From a virus (lineage: Duplodnaviria > Caudoviricetes), in IMG/VR virus record IMGVR_UViG_3300037467_001065, positions 1-42,694 of that record: a DNA stretch of 42,694 bases; one strand, given 5' to 3'. The notes below the pieces were generated by a model. That model did no database searches and was not told where the DNA came from. It saw only the letters and a list, made by a program, of their open reading frames with translations. The position numbers and the translations under genes were made by a program. Shown in pieces: positions 15,242 through 23,831 of the stretch. Within the stretch, counting starts at the first letter, position 1; each line of letters starts with the position of its first letter.

Positions 15242-16645
15242 TCATGCAGACTCGGCCTCGACCTCGAAGTACAGAGCCGCCAGCTCGGCCGTGTGCGTCT
15301 GAACGCAGCCGTTCACGGCGCGAATGTTCAGGCCCGTCGCGTCAGCCAGCTCACGCTGCGTCATCCGCCGCCCGGCAGCCCGGACGACATCGCGGATGGC
15401 GAGCCAGTGCTGGTCGGAGACGCTCGTCGCCGGCGTCCACGGCCAGGCGCCGCCACGGCGCAGCAGATGCGGGAACTCGCGCTCGTCGCGGGCGCCGCGC
15501 CAGTGGGTCAGCTCGCCATCCTCGGCGAGGTTCAGCCCGAACTCGGGCCAGCGCATCCACCCCGACCAGCCGAACGGCTCCTTCGGCCTCTTCTTCCCGG
15601 CGCCGCCGTCGCCCTTCTTCGAGTGGGCCTCGAGCAGCACCGTCAGGTCGTGGCTGGTGCGGAGCCGGTCGAGGAACATCGCTACGGGCTTCGCGTCGAT
15701 CTCGTCGTTCGGATTGCCGTTGGCGAGCTTGTAGATGGGGCCGGTGATGAGCAGGTCGGGCTTGTGGTGGGCGATCATGCGGGTGAGCCACGCCTGGTCG
15801 TTCGGGTTGGTGAGGTCGAGCCCGTCGCCCTTGCATTCGATGATGAGGTTGCGGGGGTTGAGCCGGTCACCGGCCTGCAGGCGCAGGGGCCGCAGCTTGC
15901 GGCGGGACTGGCGGCGGCTGTTCTCGAGGTCGACGAGGAGCACCTTGACGGGGTCGACCTCGTCGAAGTTGAACGGGTGGATGCCCGATGCCGCCTGGAC
16001 TGCCCACTGCCGCAGCAGGGTCGACTTTCCAGCCCCTTCTGATGCGGTAAGGATGAGCCGGTCGCCGCGTTCGAGTAGCCCGGGGATGAGCCAGTCGTAT
16101 TCGGGGTCGTCGCCGGACAGGAGCTCGTCGATGGTTTCGCCGGGGATGGGTTCGTTGCCGCGGGGGAGCGCGGCCGCGGCTGCGGTGAGCTCGTTCTCGG
16201 CGGCCTGGTAGAGGTTGGCGAGGTCTCCTGTTTGGGCGTAGGCGAGTTGTTGGATGCGGGCGGCGGCGGTGACGAGGCGGCGTTGCGCGGCGCGTTCGGA
16301 GACGATCTGGGCGTAGTAGCTGGCGGATGCTGCGACGGGTGTGGCGGCGACGAGGTCGTGGAGGTAGGTGGCGCCGCCGGCGCGTCGGAGTTGGCCGGTG
16401 CGGGTGAGCTCGTCGGTGACGGTGATGGGGTCGGCGGGTTCGCCTGCCATGTGGAGGTTGGCGATGGCGTTGAAGATGAGCTCGTGTGCGGGGCGGTAGA
16501 ACTCGGGGGCGGCGACGGTTTCGAGGCATTCGTCGATGGCGTTGCGGGAGAGGAGCATCCCGCCGAGGCATGCGCGTTCGGCGGCGAGGTCCTGCGGGGG
16601 TGCGAGGGTTCCGTGCTCGTCTTCTGCGAGGCGAAGGTCGGTCAC
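15242..16645 (-). CDS. replicative helicase-like protein: DnaB N-terminal domain + RecA/AAA_25 ATPase + C-terminal HTH
   Basis: 'PPQDLAAERACLGGMLL...FYRPAHELIF' DnaB-N; 'WLIPGLL', Walker A 'ASEGAGKST', 'LVDLEN', 'EAHSKK'; C-terminal 'MTQRELADATGL'. Confidence 0.85.
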   Translation of the reverse strand: MTDLRLAEDEHGTLAPPQDLAAERACLGGMLLSRNAIDECLETVAAPEFYRPAHELIFNAIANLHMAGEPADPITVTDELTRTGQLRRAGGATYLHDLVAATPVAASASYYAQIVSERAAQRRLVTAAARIQQLAYAQTGDLANLYQAAENELTAAAAALPRGNEPIPGETIDELLSGDDPEYDWLIPGLLERGDRLILTASEGAGKSTLLRQWAVQAASGIHPFNFDEVDPVKVLLVDLENSRRQSRRKLRPLRLQAGDRLNPRNLIIECKGDGLDLTNPNDQAWLTRMIAHHKPDLLITGPIYKLANGNPNDEIDAKPVAMFLDRLRTSHDLTVLLEAHSKKGDGGAGKKRPKEPFGWSGWMRWPEFGLNLAEDGELTHWRGARDEREFPHLLRRGGAWPWTPATSVSDQHWLAIRDVVRAAGRRMTQRELADATGLNIRAVNGCVQTHTAELAALYFEVEAESA

Positions 16646-16983
16646 GCGTCACCTCCGTCGGCTGCCGGCTGGAACGAGGCGCACGCCGGGTAGGACTTCC
16701 GGACGTCGGGCCCGACCGGGTAGCGGTCGCTGCTGAGCGTGAGCTCGCACTTGAACCAGCGCCTGGAGCGGCCGATGTCCTTGATGAGGAGGTGGGCGCA
16801 GTCGCCGCAGGTGCCGAGCTCGGGCCGTGTCGGGCGCTTGGTGATGGGGTGGGTGCCCTGCTCGAGGAGGTCGCGTCGTCGGGCGGTGCGCCGCGCGTCC
16901 TGACCCATGCCCGCGTAGGGGTCGCGGGCTGGTTCAGGCTGCACCTCGAAGGGTGTGGCGTCGAAGAGCTGGGGGTCGCTCAC
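16642..16983 (-). CDS. hypothetical Cys-containing protein
   Basis: 113 aa; 'TCGDCAH', 'KC', 'PAC'; GAGAGG RBS. Confidence 0.7.
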   Translation of the reverse strand: MSDPQLFDATPFEVQPEPARDPYAGMGQDARRTARRRDLLEQGTHPITKRPTRPELGTCGDCAHLLIKDIGRSRRWFKCELTLSSDRYPVGPDVRKSYPACASFQPAADGGDA

Positions 16984-17012
16984 CGGGTGCCTCTCATTCT
17001 GATGTTGCGGGT

Positions 17013-17051
17013 GCTCCTCCCGCCCGCGCTGCCGGGTTGGGCGGGAGGAGC
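17013..17051. terminator. 13-bp stem hairpin
   Basis: GCTCCTCCCGCCC / GGGCGGGAGGAGC perfect inverted repeat, intergenic. Confidence 0.55.
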
Positions 17052-17076
17052 GTCTGGCCGGCGGGTCGAGGACCGG

Positions 17077-17175
17077 TCAGCCTGTGGTCGCCCAGATAGC
17101 GCGCTCGGTGTCGGCGGCGATGATGGCGGCGTTCTCGCCGGCCCTGTAGTCGAGCTGCGTGGTGATGTCGGGCAT
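17077..17175 (-). CDS. 32-aa peptide or gene remnant
   Basis: MPDITTQLDYRAGENAAIIAADTERAIWATTG, ATG 3 nt after the upstream stop; not in the ORF track. Confidence 0.4.
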   Translation of the reverse strand: MPDITTQLDYRAGENAAIIAADTERAIWATTG

Positions 17176-17178
17176 GGG

Positions 17179-17559
17179 TCAGTTCGCTTTCGTGTCGTAG
17201 TCGGGGCCGGCCTCGCCGGTGGGCGGGGGCACCTCGTGAAGCGACTCGAACGACAGCTGGTCGGGGTCGTCGCGCTGCAGGTTGCCGTCGAGGCCGACGA
17301 ACCAGACGCCGGCGGGCCGGTCGTGTTCGGGCAGCTTGATCGCGATCTTGTCGCCGACGACGACCATGCGGTCGTCCTTCTTCATCGGTTCGACGACGAC
17401 CGTCAGGGTGACGGAGCCCTTCTTGCCGGTGTCCTTCACCCGGGCGATGAGGGTGTGGAGTGCCTCTCCGAGCTCGTCGTGTGTGCGTCCTCGGCCGTGT
17501 TCGCGGAGGAAGTCGGCGAACGGTCTGATGCGGGGGGCGTCGTCGTTGGGTGTGGTCAT
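17179..17559 (-). CDS. conserved phage hypothetical protein
   Basis: 126 aa from MTTPNDD; 'RPFADFL...DELGEAL...TGKKGSVTL...GNLQRDDPDQ' conserved early-gene pattern. Confidence 0.75.
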   Translation of the reverse strand: MTTPNDDAPRIRPFADFLREHGRGRTHDELGEALHTLIARVKDTGKKGSVTLTVVVEPMKKDDRMVVVGDKIAIKLPEHDRPAGVWFVGLDGNLQRDDPDQLSFESLHEVPPPTGEAGPDYDTKAN

Positions 17560-18644
17560 GCTGCGGTTCCTTCCTGTTGGAGTCGTGCGTTGCGTGCGAG
17601 CTGTGCGAGGAGGTCGTGTCGGCCGGCGCGTCGCAGCGCTACCTGCAGGGCGTCCTTCGTGACGTGCAGCCGGTCGGCGATGTGCCGGGCGGTGGCGAGG
17701 GGCTGGTCCTCGAGCAGCCACTCGACGTCCTCGGGGTGCACGCTTCGGGCGGGGCCTCCGGTGCGTGTGGGTTCGTCGACCCACGGCTGTGCGTCGGGGT
17801 CGTCGATCGTGTCGTCGTCCCAGGCGAGCGGCGGCAGCCAGCCGTGGGCGGCGGCGTACTTGACTGACCGGGTGTAGGAGCCCCGGTCGTACTTCGTGGC
17901 CCGGGGCGGCGCCACGTCCCACATCCGGTCGTACAGGCGGCGCACGTTGCGTGCGGTGCGCACGGTGACCTCGCGTTTGCCCTGGACGAGGTAGGCGAAG
18001 TTCCGCAGCTCGTAGCCGATCTCGCGGGCGAGCTTCGACTGTGACCAGCCCTGCGCCATCAGTGCCTGCAGCCGCCGGCGGGTGCCGGTGCCGTCGGTGC
18101 GGGCGCCCGGGGCGAGGGTGTCGATGGTGGCTCGGACGGCGAGGATCGCGTCGGCGTGCTCGCGGCGGATGCGCTTTGTCGGCGGGTTGCCTTGGCTGCC
18201 GTAGATGAGTTTCGTCATGGCGCCCTGCGAGTAGCCTGCGAGCTCGCCGATCTTCTTCGTCCCGAGCCCGGCCCGGGTCAGCGACTGGATGTGTTCGCGG
18301 ACGGGGCCGGCGTCGACCCACCGCTGCTCGAACCGGCCGTAGGCGTGGAGGCGGGCCCGGTCGTGTTCGTAGGCGGCGTTCGCGTCGGCGCATGGCCGGC
18401 AGCGGCACCGGTCGAGGACGTAGCAGGCGTGGGTGCCGTGCTCGTGGCGGGCATGCTTGTGCTGGCAGGGTTTCGGCGTGCGGTCGACTGCGGCTTCTCG
18501 TTCGAGGCGGCGGGCGCGGGCGGCTTCCCGCCGGCGGTGCTTGTCGCAGGAGTGGATGCGGTAGGCGTGTTCGGCGCGGGCCTGGTGCTTCGTCGGGTTG
18601 GATGTCCAGCCGCAGTCGCTGCAAGAGGTGGTGTAGGTGGTCAT
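17556..18644 (-). CDS. multi-HTH / Zn-finger DNA-binding protein
   Basis: 362 aa from MTTYTTSC; 'HGT..CY...CRCRPC', 'VDAGPVREHI', 'GTRRRLQALMAQGWS', 'GWLPPLAWDDDTIDDP'. Confidence 0.75.
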   Translation of the reverse strand: MTTYTTSCSDCGWTSNPTKHQARAEHAYRIHSCDKHRRREAARARRLEREAAVDRTPKPCQHKHARHEHGTHACYVLDRCRCRPCADANAAYEHDRARLHAYGRFEQRWVDAGPVREHIQSLTRAGLGTKKIGELAGYSQGAMTKLIYGSQGNPPTKRIRREHADAILAVRATIDTLAPGARTDGTGTRRRLQALMAQGWSQSKLAREIGYELRNFAYLVQGKREVTVRTARNVRRLYDRMWDVAPPRATKYDRGSYTRSVKYAAAHGWLPPLAWDDDTIDDPDAQPWVDEPTRTGGPARSVHPEDVEWLLEDQPLATARHIADRLHVTKDALQVALRRAGRHDLLAQLARNARLQQEGTAA

Positions 18645-18823
18645 GGCTGCCCGGCCTTCGCGGCGATGTAGGCGTCGGCGTCTCGGATGGTGCGGAAGAC
18701 GCGGCAGCCGCAGTCGCGGGTGGGGTGGCGTTCCTGCGGGCACTTGGGGTCGCGGGCGAGGAACGGGTGGCTGATGCGGAAGCCGTTCATGCGGACGATC
18801 TGCCAGGTGCGCGCGGTCAGCAC
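18641..18823 (-). CDS. hypothetical protein
   Basis: 60 aa, coupled overlaps with neighbours. Confidence 0.55.
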   Translation of the reverse strand: MLTARTWQIVRMNGFRISHPFLARDPKCPQERHPTRDCGCRVFRTIRDADAYIAAKAGQP

Positions 18824-19056
18824 GGCGTCTCCTCGACGCCGGGCGGGCGGGTGTCGACGGGCCGGTGGACGACGGTGAGCTGGTCGACGGGCGCCGAGGA
18901 GCGGGTGTAGCCCTGGATCGGTTCGAGGGTGGCCATGACGCCGGTCCCGACGGATGGGGTCCAGAAGCCGGCGACGCGCCAGAGCTTGCCTTTGGCTGAG
19001 CGGGTGACGATGTCGCCGACGGAGACGACGCCGTAGGTGGTGGCGTTGAGGATCAT
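18817..19056 (-). CDS. hypothetical protein (SH3-like beta pattern)
   Basis: 79 aa from MILNATTY; 'VGDIV...WRV'; ATGA overlap. Confidence 0.55.
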   Translation of the reverse strand: MILNATTYGVVSVGDIVTRSAKGKLWRVAGFWTPSVGTGVMATLEPIQGYTRSSAPVDQLTVVHRPVDTRPPGVEETPC

Positions 19057-19274
19057 GCGGACTCCCGGAATGATCTGGCGAGGGTGACCCCGACGGCGTC
19101 GAGGGGCCACGTGCGGGCGGTGAGCTCGAGCGGGTAGTTGAAGGCGCGGCCGGATGCGCGGGCCTTGCGCCACTGGCGCATGTAGATGCGCCGGGCTTCC
19201 CTGCAGGTGTCGCAGGGCCTCTCCCCGCGGCGGTGGTGGGCGCGGTAGCCGGCGGGTGTGCCGTGCTCGGTCAC
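19053..19274 (-). CDS. small Zn-finger protein
   Basis: 73 aa 'HGTPAGYRAH.RRGERPCDTCREA'. Confidence 0.7.
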   Translation of the reverse strand: MTEHGTPAGYRAHHRRGERPCDTCREARRIYMRQWRKARASGRAFNYPLELTARTWPLDAVGVTLARSFRESA

Positions 19275-19828
19275 GGGCCGACCTCGACACGTGTCGGCGC
19301 GTCGCAGAGCGCGCAGGTGCCGGTGCGCGCCGAGTGGGCGGCGAGGTGGCCGCGTTCGTCGGCTCGGATGACGGACTCGCTGGCGTCGTGCAGCTGCGCC
19401 TTGAGGGTCCGGTAGGCGCGGGCCTCCTCGATGGGGTCGAGGTCGCGGCGCTGCCCGTTCTCGATGAGCATCGCGGCGAGCACCTCGTCGGGGCGCATGT
19501 CGGCGCGGATGATGACGGGGGCGGTCTCCCAGCTGAGGTGCTGCGCGGCGGCGAGGCGGCGGTGGCCGGCGACGACGAGGTAGCGGCCTTCGTGCCGGCG
19601 CACGACGATCGGCTGCAGCAGCCCTGCTGTCTTCATCGAGGCTGCGAGGTCGAGGATGTCGCCGACGTCCTCTCGGGGGTTGGCCGGGTCGGGGATGATG
19701 TCGCGCAGCCGCATGTCGACGAGCTGCGGTTTCGCGGTGGGGGGCATCGCGAGCGGTGTCGGGATCGGTGTCGCGGAGGCGCCGACCAGGTTGTCGAGGA
19801 CATCGTTGAGGTCATACGGTGCGGTCAT
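19271..19828 (-). CDS. ParB/Srx N-terminal-domain protein (truncated)
   Basis: From MTAPYDL; 'PDPANPR', 'GLLQPIVV', 'VVAGHRRLAA', 'LIENGQRRDLDPIEEA'; no HTH after this. Confidence 0.85.
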   Translation of the reverse strand: MTAPYDLNDVLDNLVGASATPIPTPLAMPPTAKPQLVDMRLRDIIPDPANPREDVGDILDLAASMKTAGLLQPIVVRRHEGRYLVVAGHRRLAAAQHLSWETAPVIIRADMRPDEVLAAMLIENGQRRDLDPIEEARAYRTLKAQLHDASESVIRADERGHLAAHSARTGTCALCDAPTRVEVGP

Positions 19829-20324
19829 CGGAGCGGCCTTTCTGGCTGACGTTGTGGCCGAGGTACATCGGCACCGGGTCGATGCCGTGCTCACGCTGCA
19901 GACGCAGCCGTTCGCGGCGCGAGACGCCGCCCCACGTGCCGTTCACGTCATGGGTGAGGGCGTAGGCCAGGCACGCCCGCCGGAACGGGCAGCCGGCACA
20001 GATCGCGGCGAGCAGCTTGTCGTGGGCGAGCTCGCGCGGGCCGGGGTTGCCGGCGATGCCGTCGTGCTCGAAGAACAGCTCCGGGTCGTGGCTGAGGCAA
20101 GGCTGGGAGCCGTCGATGCCAGGGAACGGCGCGCCTCGCCGGGTCGGCGCCGGGGCGGTGTTCACGGTGCCGTGCTTCACGCCGACGCCCATGCGCGACG
20201 CGTGGTAGGAGATGGCGCTCTTGCTGATGCCGAGCCGTCGTGAGATCTCCGCGCGGGGCACGCCTTCGCGGAGCATGGAACGCAGCTCGCGCACCTGCTC
20301 CTCGGGCAGCTTCTTGCCGGCCAT
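19812..20324 (-). CDS. whiB: WhiB-family transcription factor with N-terminal HTH
   Basis: From MAGKKLP; HTH 'GVPRAEISRRLGISKSAI'; WhiB core 'C...DPELFF...ICAGCPFRRAC..YAL...GTWGG'. Confidence 0.88.
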   Translation of the reverse strand: MAGKKLPEEQVRELRSMLREGVPRAEISRRLGISKSAISYHASRMGVGVKHGTVNTAPAPTRRGAPFPGIDGSQPCLSHDPELFFEHDGIAGNPGPRELAHDKLLAAICAGCPFRRACLAYALTHDVNGTWGGVSRRERLRLQREHGIDPVPMYLGHNVSQKGRSDDRTV

Positions 20325-20329
20325 GGCGG

Positions 20330-20623
20330 TCAGGCGTCCACTCGTGAGAGTCGGAACCGGCCGAGGATGGCGACGCCGTCGTCGTTGATCTGGCGGGAGA
20401 TTGCGGCCGCCGCTGCCGGGGCGAGGCCGGCGACGACGAGCTGCGCCATCGTGTGCAGGTGCGCGATCTCGGCGCGGGTGAGGAGCCGCCGGAACCCGGA
20501 CCCGGGGCGGCTTCGGGCATGCCGGTCGGTGACGAACCCCTTCTGGCACCAGTAGTCGAATTGCCGGTAGCTGATGCCGGTGGCGGCGAGCACGTCGTCG
20601 ACGGTGGTCGGGTGGGCTGCCAT
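20330..20623 (-). CDS. MerR-like HTH protein
   Basis: 97 aa from MAAHPTT; 'ATGISYRQFDYW..KG...PGSGFRR'. Confidence 0.8.
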   Translation of the reverse strand: MAAHPTTVDDVLAATGISYRQFDYWCQKGFVTDRHARSRPGSGFRRLLTRAEIAHLHTMAQLVVAGLAPAAAAAISRQINDDGVAILGRFRLSRVDA

Positions 20624-20624
20624 G

Positions 20625-21143
20625 TCAGAACACCGGGTCGATCCGGTCGGCGACGAGCACCGCCAGGGCGTACGCCTGCCAGATGTCGGCGCGGAAGCCG
20701 TAGAAGAACCCGGGCGCAGCCTTCGTGCCCTTGCCGCGGTTCGGCTCACCGGGCGCGAACCTGTCGATGAGGGCCTGCGCGATGTTGGAGTCGTTGGCCT
20801 TCGTCGAGCCGCAGTGGTGCATCTTGACGTCCTTGCGGACGATCAGGTCGCACGGCACCTTCGCCGCGTACACGTCGGCGAGCTGCTGGAACCGGCCGAT
20901 CCAGACGCAGGTCTCGAAGACGTCCTTGCCGACGGACATGCCATACGAGGCGACCATCTCGACGGCGATGTGCTGCACGCCCGGCTCCTCCTCCCACGGG
21001 TCGCCGATGCACAGTTCGAGCAGCCGATCCAGCACCTCCTCGTTCGGTGCCTTCGCCACCTCGACCGGGCGCCGGGACGCGAGGTCGATGAGGGCGTAGC
21101 CGGACTCGACGTTGCCGGGGTCTATGGCCAGGACCCGCGTCAT
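20625..21143 (-). CDS. RuvC-like Holliday junction resolvase
   Basis: 172 aa from MTRVLAIDPG; 'IAVE', 'VK...G..KAND', 'ADIWQAYALA'. Confidence 0.8.
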   Translation of the reverse strand: MTRVLAIDPGNVESGYALIDLASRRPVEVAKAPNEEVLDRLLELCIGDPWEEEPGVQHIAVEMVASYGMSVGKDVFETCVWIGRFQQLADVYAAKVPCDLIVRKDVKMHHCGSTKANDSNIAQALIDRFAPGEPNRGKGTKAAPGFFYGFRADIWQAYALAVLVADRIDPVF

Positions 21144-22249
21144 TGCGTCACCGCCGCGGCGCGGATGATGTCGAGGGCCTCGCGCAGCTGCTCGGCGGTG
21201 AGGTCGGCGACGGGCTGGGCGAAGTGCTGCTCGAGGATCTCCCGCAGCTCGGTGTCGGTCATGCCGCGGCGGCCGGCCTCGAGCACGAGCGTCTGCCACA
21301 CGACGTCGATCTCCAGGTCGACGGTCGACGCCTCCTCGACGTGCTCGACGAGGGCCTCCTCGGTCTCGTCGGGGATGACCATCGCGTCCGCCGTCAACGC
21401 GACGCCGCGCTCCACGATCGCCGCCTTGAGCTCGTCGGTCAGCTGGGCAGACTGCCCAGCACGGTGCCACAGCGCGTTCAGCTCGTCGCGCGAGGTCGCC
21501 TCGGCCACGAGCCGCGCCCAGTCGACCGGGGCAGCCTCCAGCGCCGGCGCCGTCGAGGGCGCGGCTCCGATGGCCGGCGCTGCGCCGTGGCCGCCGACGA
21601 GCTCGACGAGCCGCTGCTTCGTGATGTGCAGGTCGAGCACCGGCACGACGAACCTGGAGGTCGTCGGGCCCTTCGGCCCGTCGATGATCGCGGACCGCTC
21701 CGCCAGTGACAGGGTGGCCGGGACGAGGTCGCCGACGTGCATCGCGAGCTCGGCCATCGAAGGCAGCTCGGCCGCCGCGTTCCAGCCCTTCGACTCCATC
21801 CGCCAGACGCCGAGCGTCTCGATCTCGGAAAGCATCACCGACAGGCGCGTAGTGGGCTTCTCGGTGGCCTCGACGTGCTGCGGATCGTCGGGGTTGCAGT
21901 AGGCGCCGGCCGCGTCCTTCTCGCCGTCGCAGCGGTGCAGGCAGCCGGCCTTCGACCACAGCTCATACCACTGGGAGAAGCCGCCCTTGACGACGATGAC
22001 CGGGATGCTGCGGGCGTCGCTGATGACCTCCCACTCGGCTTTGCCGGCGTTGTCCCAGGCGCGGGGCTCGCCGCCGTACCGGGCGGCGATCTGCTCGATC
22101 AGGCCACGGTTCGGTGAGGTGAACCGGAACCGGTCGAGCTTGTCGGGGCGGGTGTACTCCTTGCCTTGGCGGCTGGTGCCGGTGACCTTCTGCCCGAGGC
22201 GGATCCGTCCCTGCTCGGCCATGCGGCGCTGGATGTTGATGATGGGCAT
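21140..22249 (-). CDS. gp3-like (recombination directionality factor-like) recombination protein
   Basis: 369 aa; 'GRIRLG...RPDKLDRFRFTS', 'PTTRLSVML', 'GVWRMESKGWNAA.EL'; adjacent to exonuclease. Confidence 0.65.
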   Translation of the reverse strand: MPIINIQRRMAEQGRIRLGQKVTGTSRQGKEYTRPDKLDRFRFTSPNRGLIEQIAARYGGEPRAWDNAGKAEWEVISDARSIPVIVVKGGFSQWYELWSKAGCLHRCDGEKDAAGAYCNPDDPQHVEATEKPTTRLSVMLSEIETLGVWRMESKGWNAAAELPSMAELAMHVGDLVPATLSLAERSAIIDGPKGPTTSRFVVPVLDLHITKQRLVELVGGHGAAPAIGAAPSTAPALEAAPVDWARLVAEATSRDELNALWHRAGQSAQLTDELKAAIVERGVALTADAMVIPDETEEALVEHVEEASTVDLEIDVVWQTLVLEAGRRGMTDTELREILEQHFAQPVADLTAEQLREALDIIRAAAVTQ

Positions 22250-22252
22250 GCG

Positions 22253-23167
22253 TCATGCCGCCTTTCGGGTGGTGGCGCGCTTCGGCTTGGCCGTGCCGCG
22301 CGGGGTGATGGGTCGCAGGCTCTTGACGACGTCCTGGTGGAGCCACTGAGTGCCGGTGAGGAAGCCGCGGTACGCAGCCCACTCCTCGATGCCGGACGGC
22401 ACCGGGATGAACTCGTAGCTGTCGACGCGGAGGTTGAGGATCGCCGTGCCGACGATGCCCTTGGGCATCGGGATGACCGACCCGTCAGGCAGCCATGCTT
22501 CCTGCGCGTGCCGCTGGGCGGCGAGCTGCAGCGGCTGCTCGTTGTAGAGGACGTCGGGGGCCTTGCTGCTGCTCGTCTTCACGTCGTAGATCCACAGGGC
22601 GCGCTCGTCGGCCGGGAGTTGCTTGACCTTGCCCTGGATGAACCCGTCGAGGCGCAGCCACGCCATCACGTCGAGGGTTCCGGCGAGCCCGAGCGCAGGG
22701 TGTGCGACGGTGAGCTCGGCGGCCTCGATGTGCTTAGTGACGTCGATGTCGAAGTCGGCGAGGAACCGCAGGTACTGCGCGAGGTAGGGCTCGACGTCCT
22801 CGTCGCGCATGATGGCGCGGCCGGTGAGGTGCGCCTCGGCGTGGTCATGGATGCGGGAGCCCAGGTCGGCGGCCGTCTCGCGCACGACCTTGATCTCGCG
22901 CTTGATCGTCTTGACCAGGCACGGGGTGCACCGGCCGCACTCGTCGGCGACGCGCTTCGGCTTGCACTCGGGGATCCGGCCGGCGGCGACGAGCATGGGC
23001 AGCATGTCGAGTGCCTTCTCGGCGGTGACCTTCGCAGCCCAGGGGACGAGTGAGTGCTTCGCGATCGAGTCGAGGACGTTGGTGATTGAGACGAGCTGCT
23101 GCCCGGTGACCGGGTGGGAGTAATACCGTCCGTGGTCGGTGTCGTGTGCGTGCTTCGGGTTGGTCAT
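22253..23167 (-). CDS. Cas4-like / PD-(D/E)xK exonuclease
   Basis: 304 aa from MTNPKHA; 'SITNVL', 'AADLGSRIH', 'E..V', 'AGTLD', 'DVKT', 'QLAA'. Confidence 0.85.
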   Translation of the reverse strand: MTNPKHAHDTDHGRYYSHPVTGQQLVSITNVLDSIAKHSLVPWAAKVTAEKALDMLPMLVAAGRIPECKPKRVADECGRCTPCLVKTIKREIKVVRETAADLGSRIHDHAEAHLTGRAIMRDEDVEPYLAQYLRFLADFDIDVTKHIEAAELTVAHPALGLAGTLDVMAWLRLDGFIQGKVKQLPADERALWIYDVKTSSSKAPDVLYNEQPLQLAAQRHAQEAWLPDGSVIPMPKGIVGTAILNLRVDSYEFIPVPSGIEEWAAYRGFLTGTQWLHQDVVKSLRPITPRGTAKPKRATTRKAA

Positions 23168-23379
23168 GACGTCGGGCCGTTCTCGTTGTCGCGCAGGTTC
23201 TTCGCGGCGCGGTCGCATGCGCCTTCGTAGGTGGGGAAGATCTGTCGTGAGTCGTCGAGGGCCCAGCGGCATTCGTCGGAGCAGCGGCAGCCGGGTTCCC
23301 AGCCGGCGCCGGTGATGTGCATGCGTGCGGTTGGCCGGTGTCCTTCGCCGTAGAGGGCGTCGAGCTCGCGCGCACCCAT
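23164..23379 (-). CDS. hypothetical protein
   Basis: 71 aa from MGARELD; TGATG and ATGA overlaps. Confidence 0.6.
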   Translation of the reverse strand: MGARELDALYGEGHRPTARMHITGAGWEPGCRCSDECRWALDDSRQIFPTYEGACDRAAKNLRDNENGPTS

Positions 23380-23825
23380 CAGTAGCCCTTGCCGTGCTTG
23401 TGCGGCCGCGAGCGGTTGAACGCGATCTTCTCGGCGACGACCTCGTCGATGTCGATGCGCAGCGAATAGAGGGTGTCGAGGCACCTGATGATGCAGTCAG
23501 CCAGCTCGACGGCGACGCCCTCTGGCTTGCCGGTCTCGGCGTCGTAGTAGAGGGGCGGGTTGCCGGCGCGGTGCTCCTCGAGCGCCTCGGAGAGCTCGCT
23601 GTGAGCGAGGGCGATCATCTCGCCGAAGTTCCGGTCGGCCTCCCAGAACCCGTGGTCGGCCGCGATCTGGTGGATGTCCTTCGCCAGGGCGCCGAGCGGG
23701 CCGGATGGGCAGAGTCGGCCGCGCCGATTCTTGATGCAGAGCCCGTCGGGCGTGTGGACGTGCGCGGCGTCGGAGAGCTCCTGCGCGTTCGCGGTGTTCG
23801 GCATCAGGACGGTGATGTCGCTCAT
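23379..23825 (-). CDS. MazG-like nucleotide pyrophosphohydrolase
   Basis: 'HGFW', 'ALAHSELSEALE', 'KPEG..VELAD..IR..D', 'K..FNRSR..KHGK'. Confidence 0.88.
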   Translation of the reverse strand: MSDITVLMPNTANAQELSDAAHVHTPDGLCIKNRRGRLCPSGPLGALAKDIHQIAADHGFWEADRNFGEMIALAHSELSEALEEHRAGNPPLYYDAETGKPEGVAVELADCIIRCLDTLYSLRIDIDEVVAEKIAFNRSRPHKHGKGY

Positions 23826-23831
23826 CGGCGG

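Noticed and set aside
22253-23167. Cas4 as part of a CRISPR-Cas system
   Set aside because: No other cas genes or array; ordinary phage recombination exonuclease context
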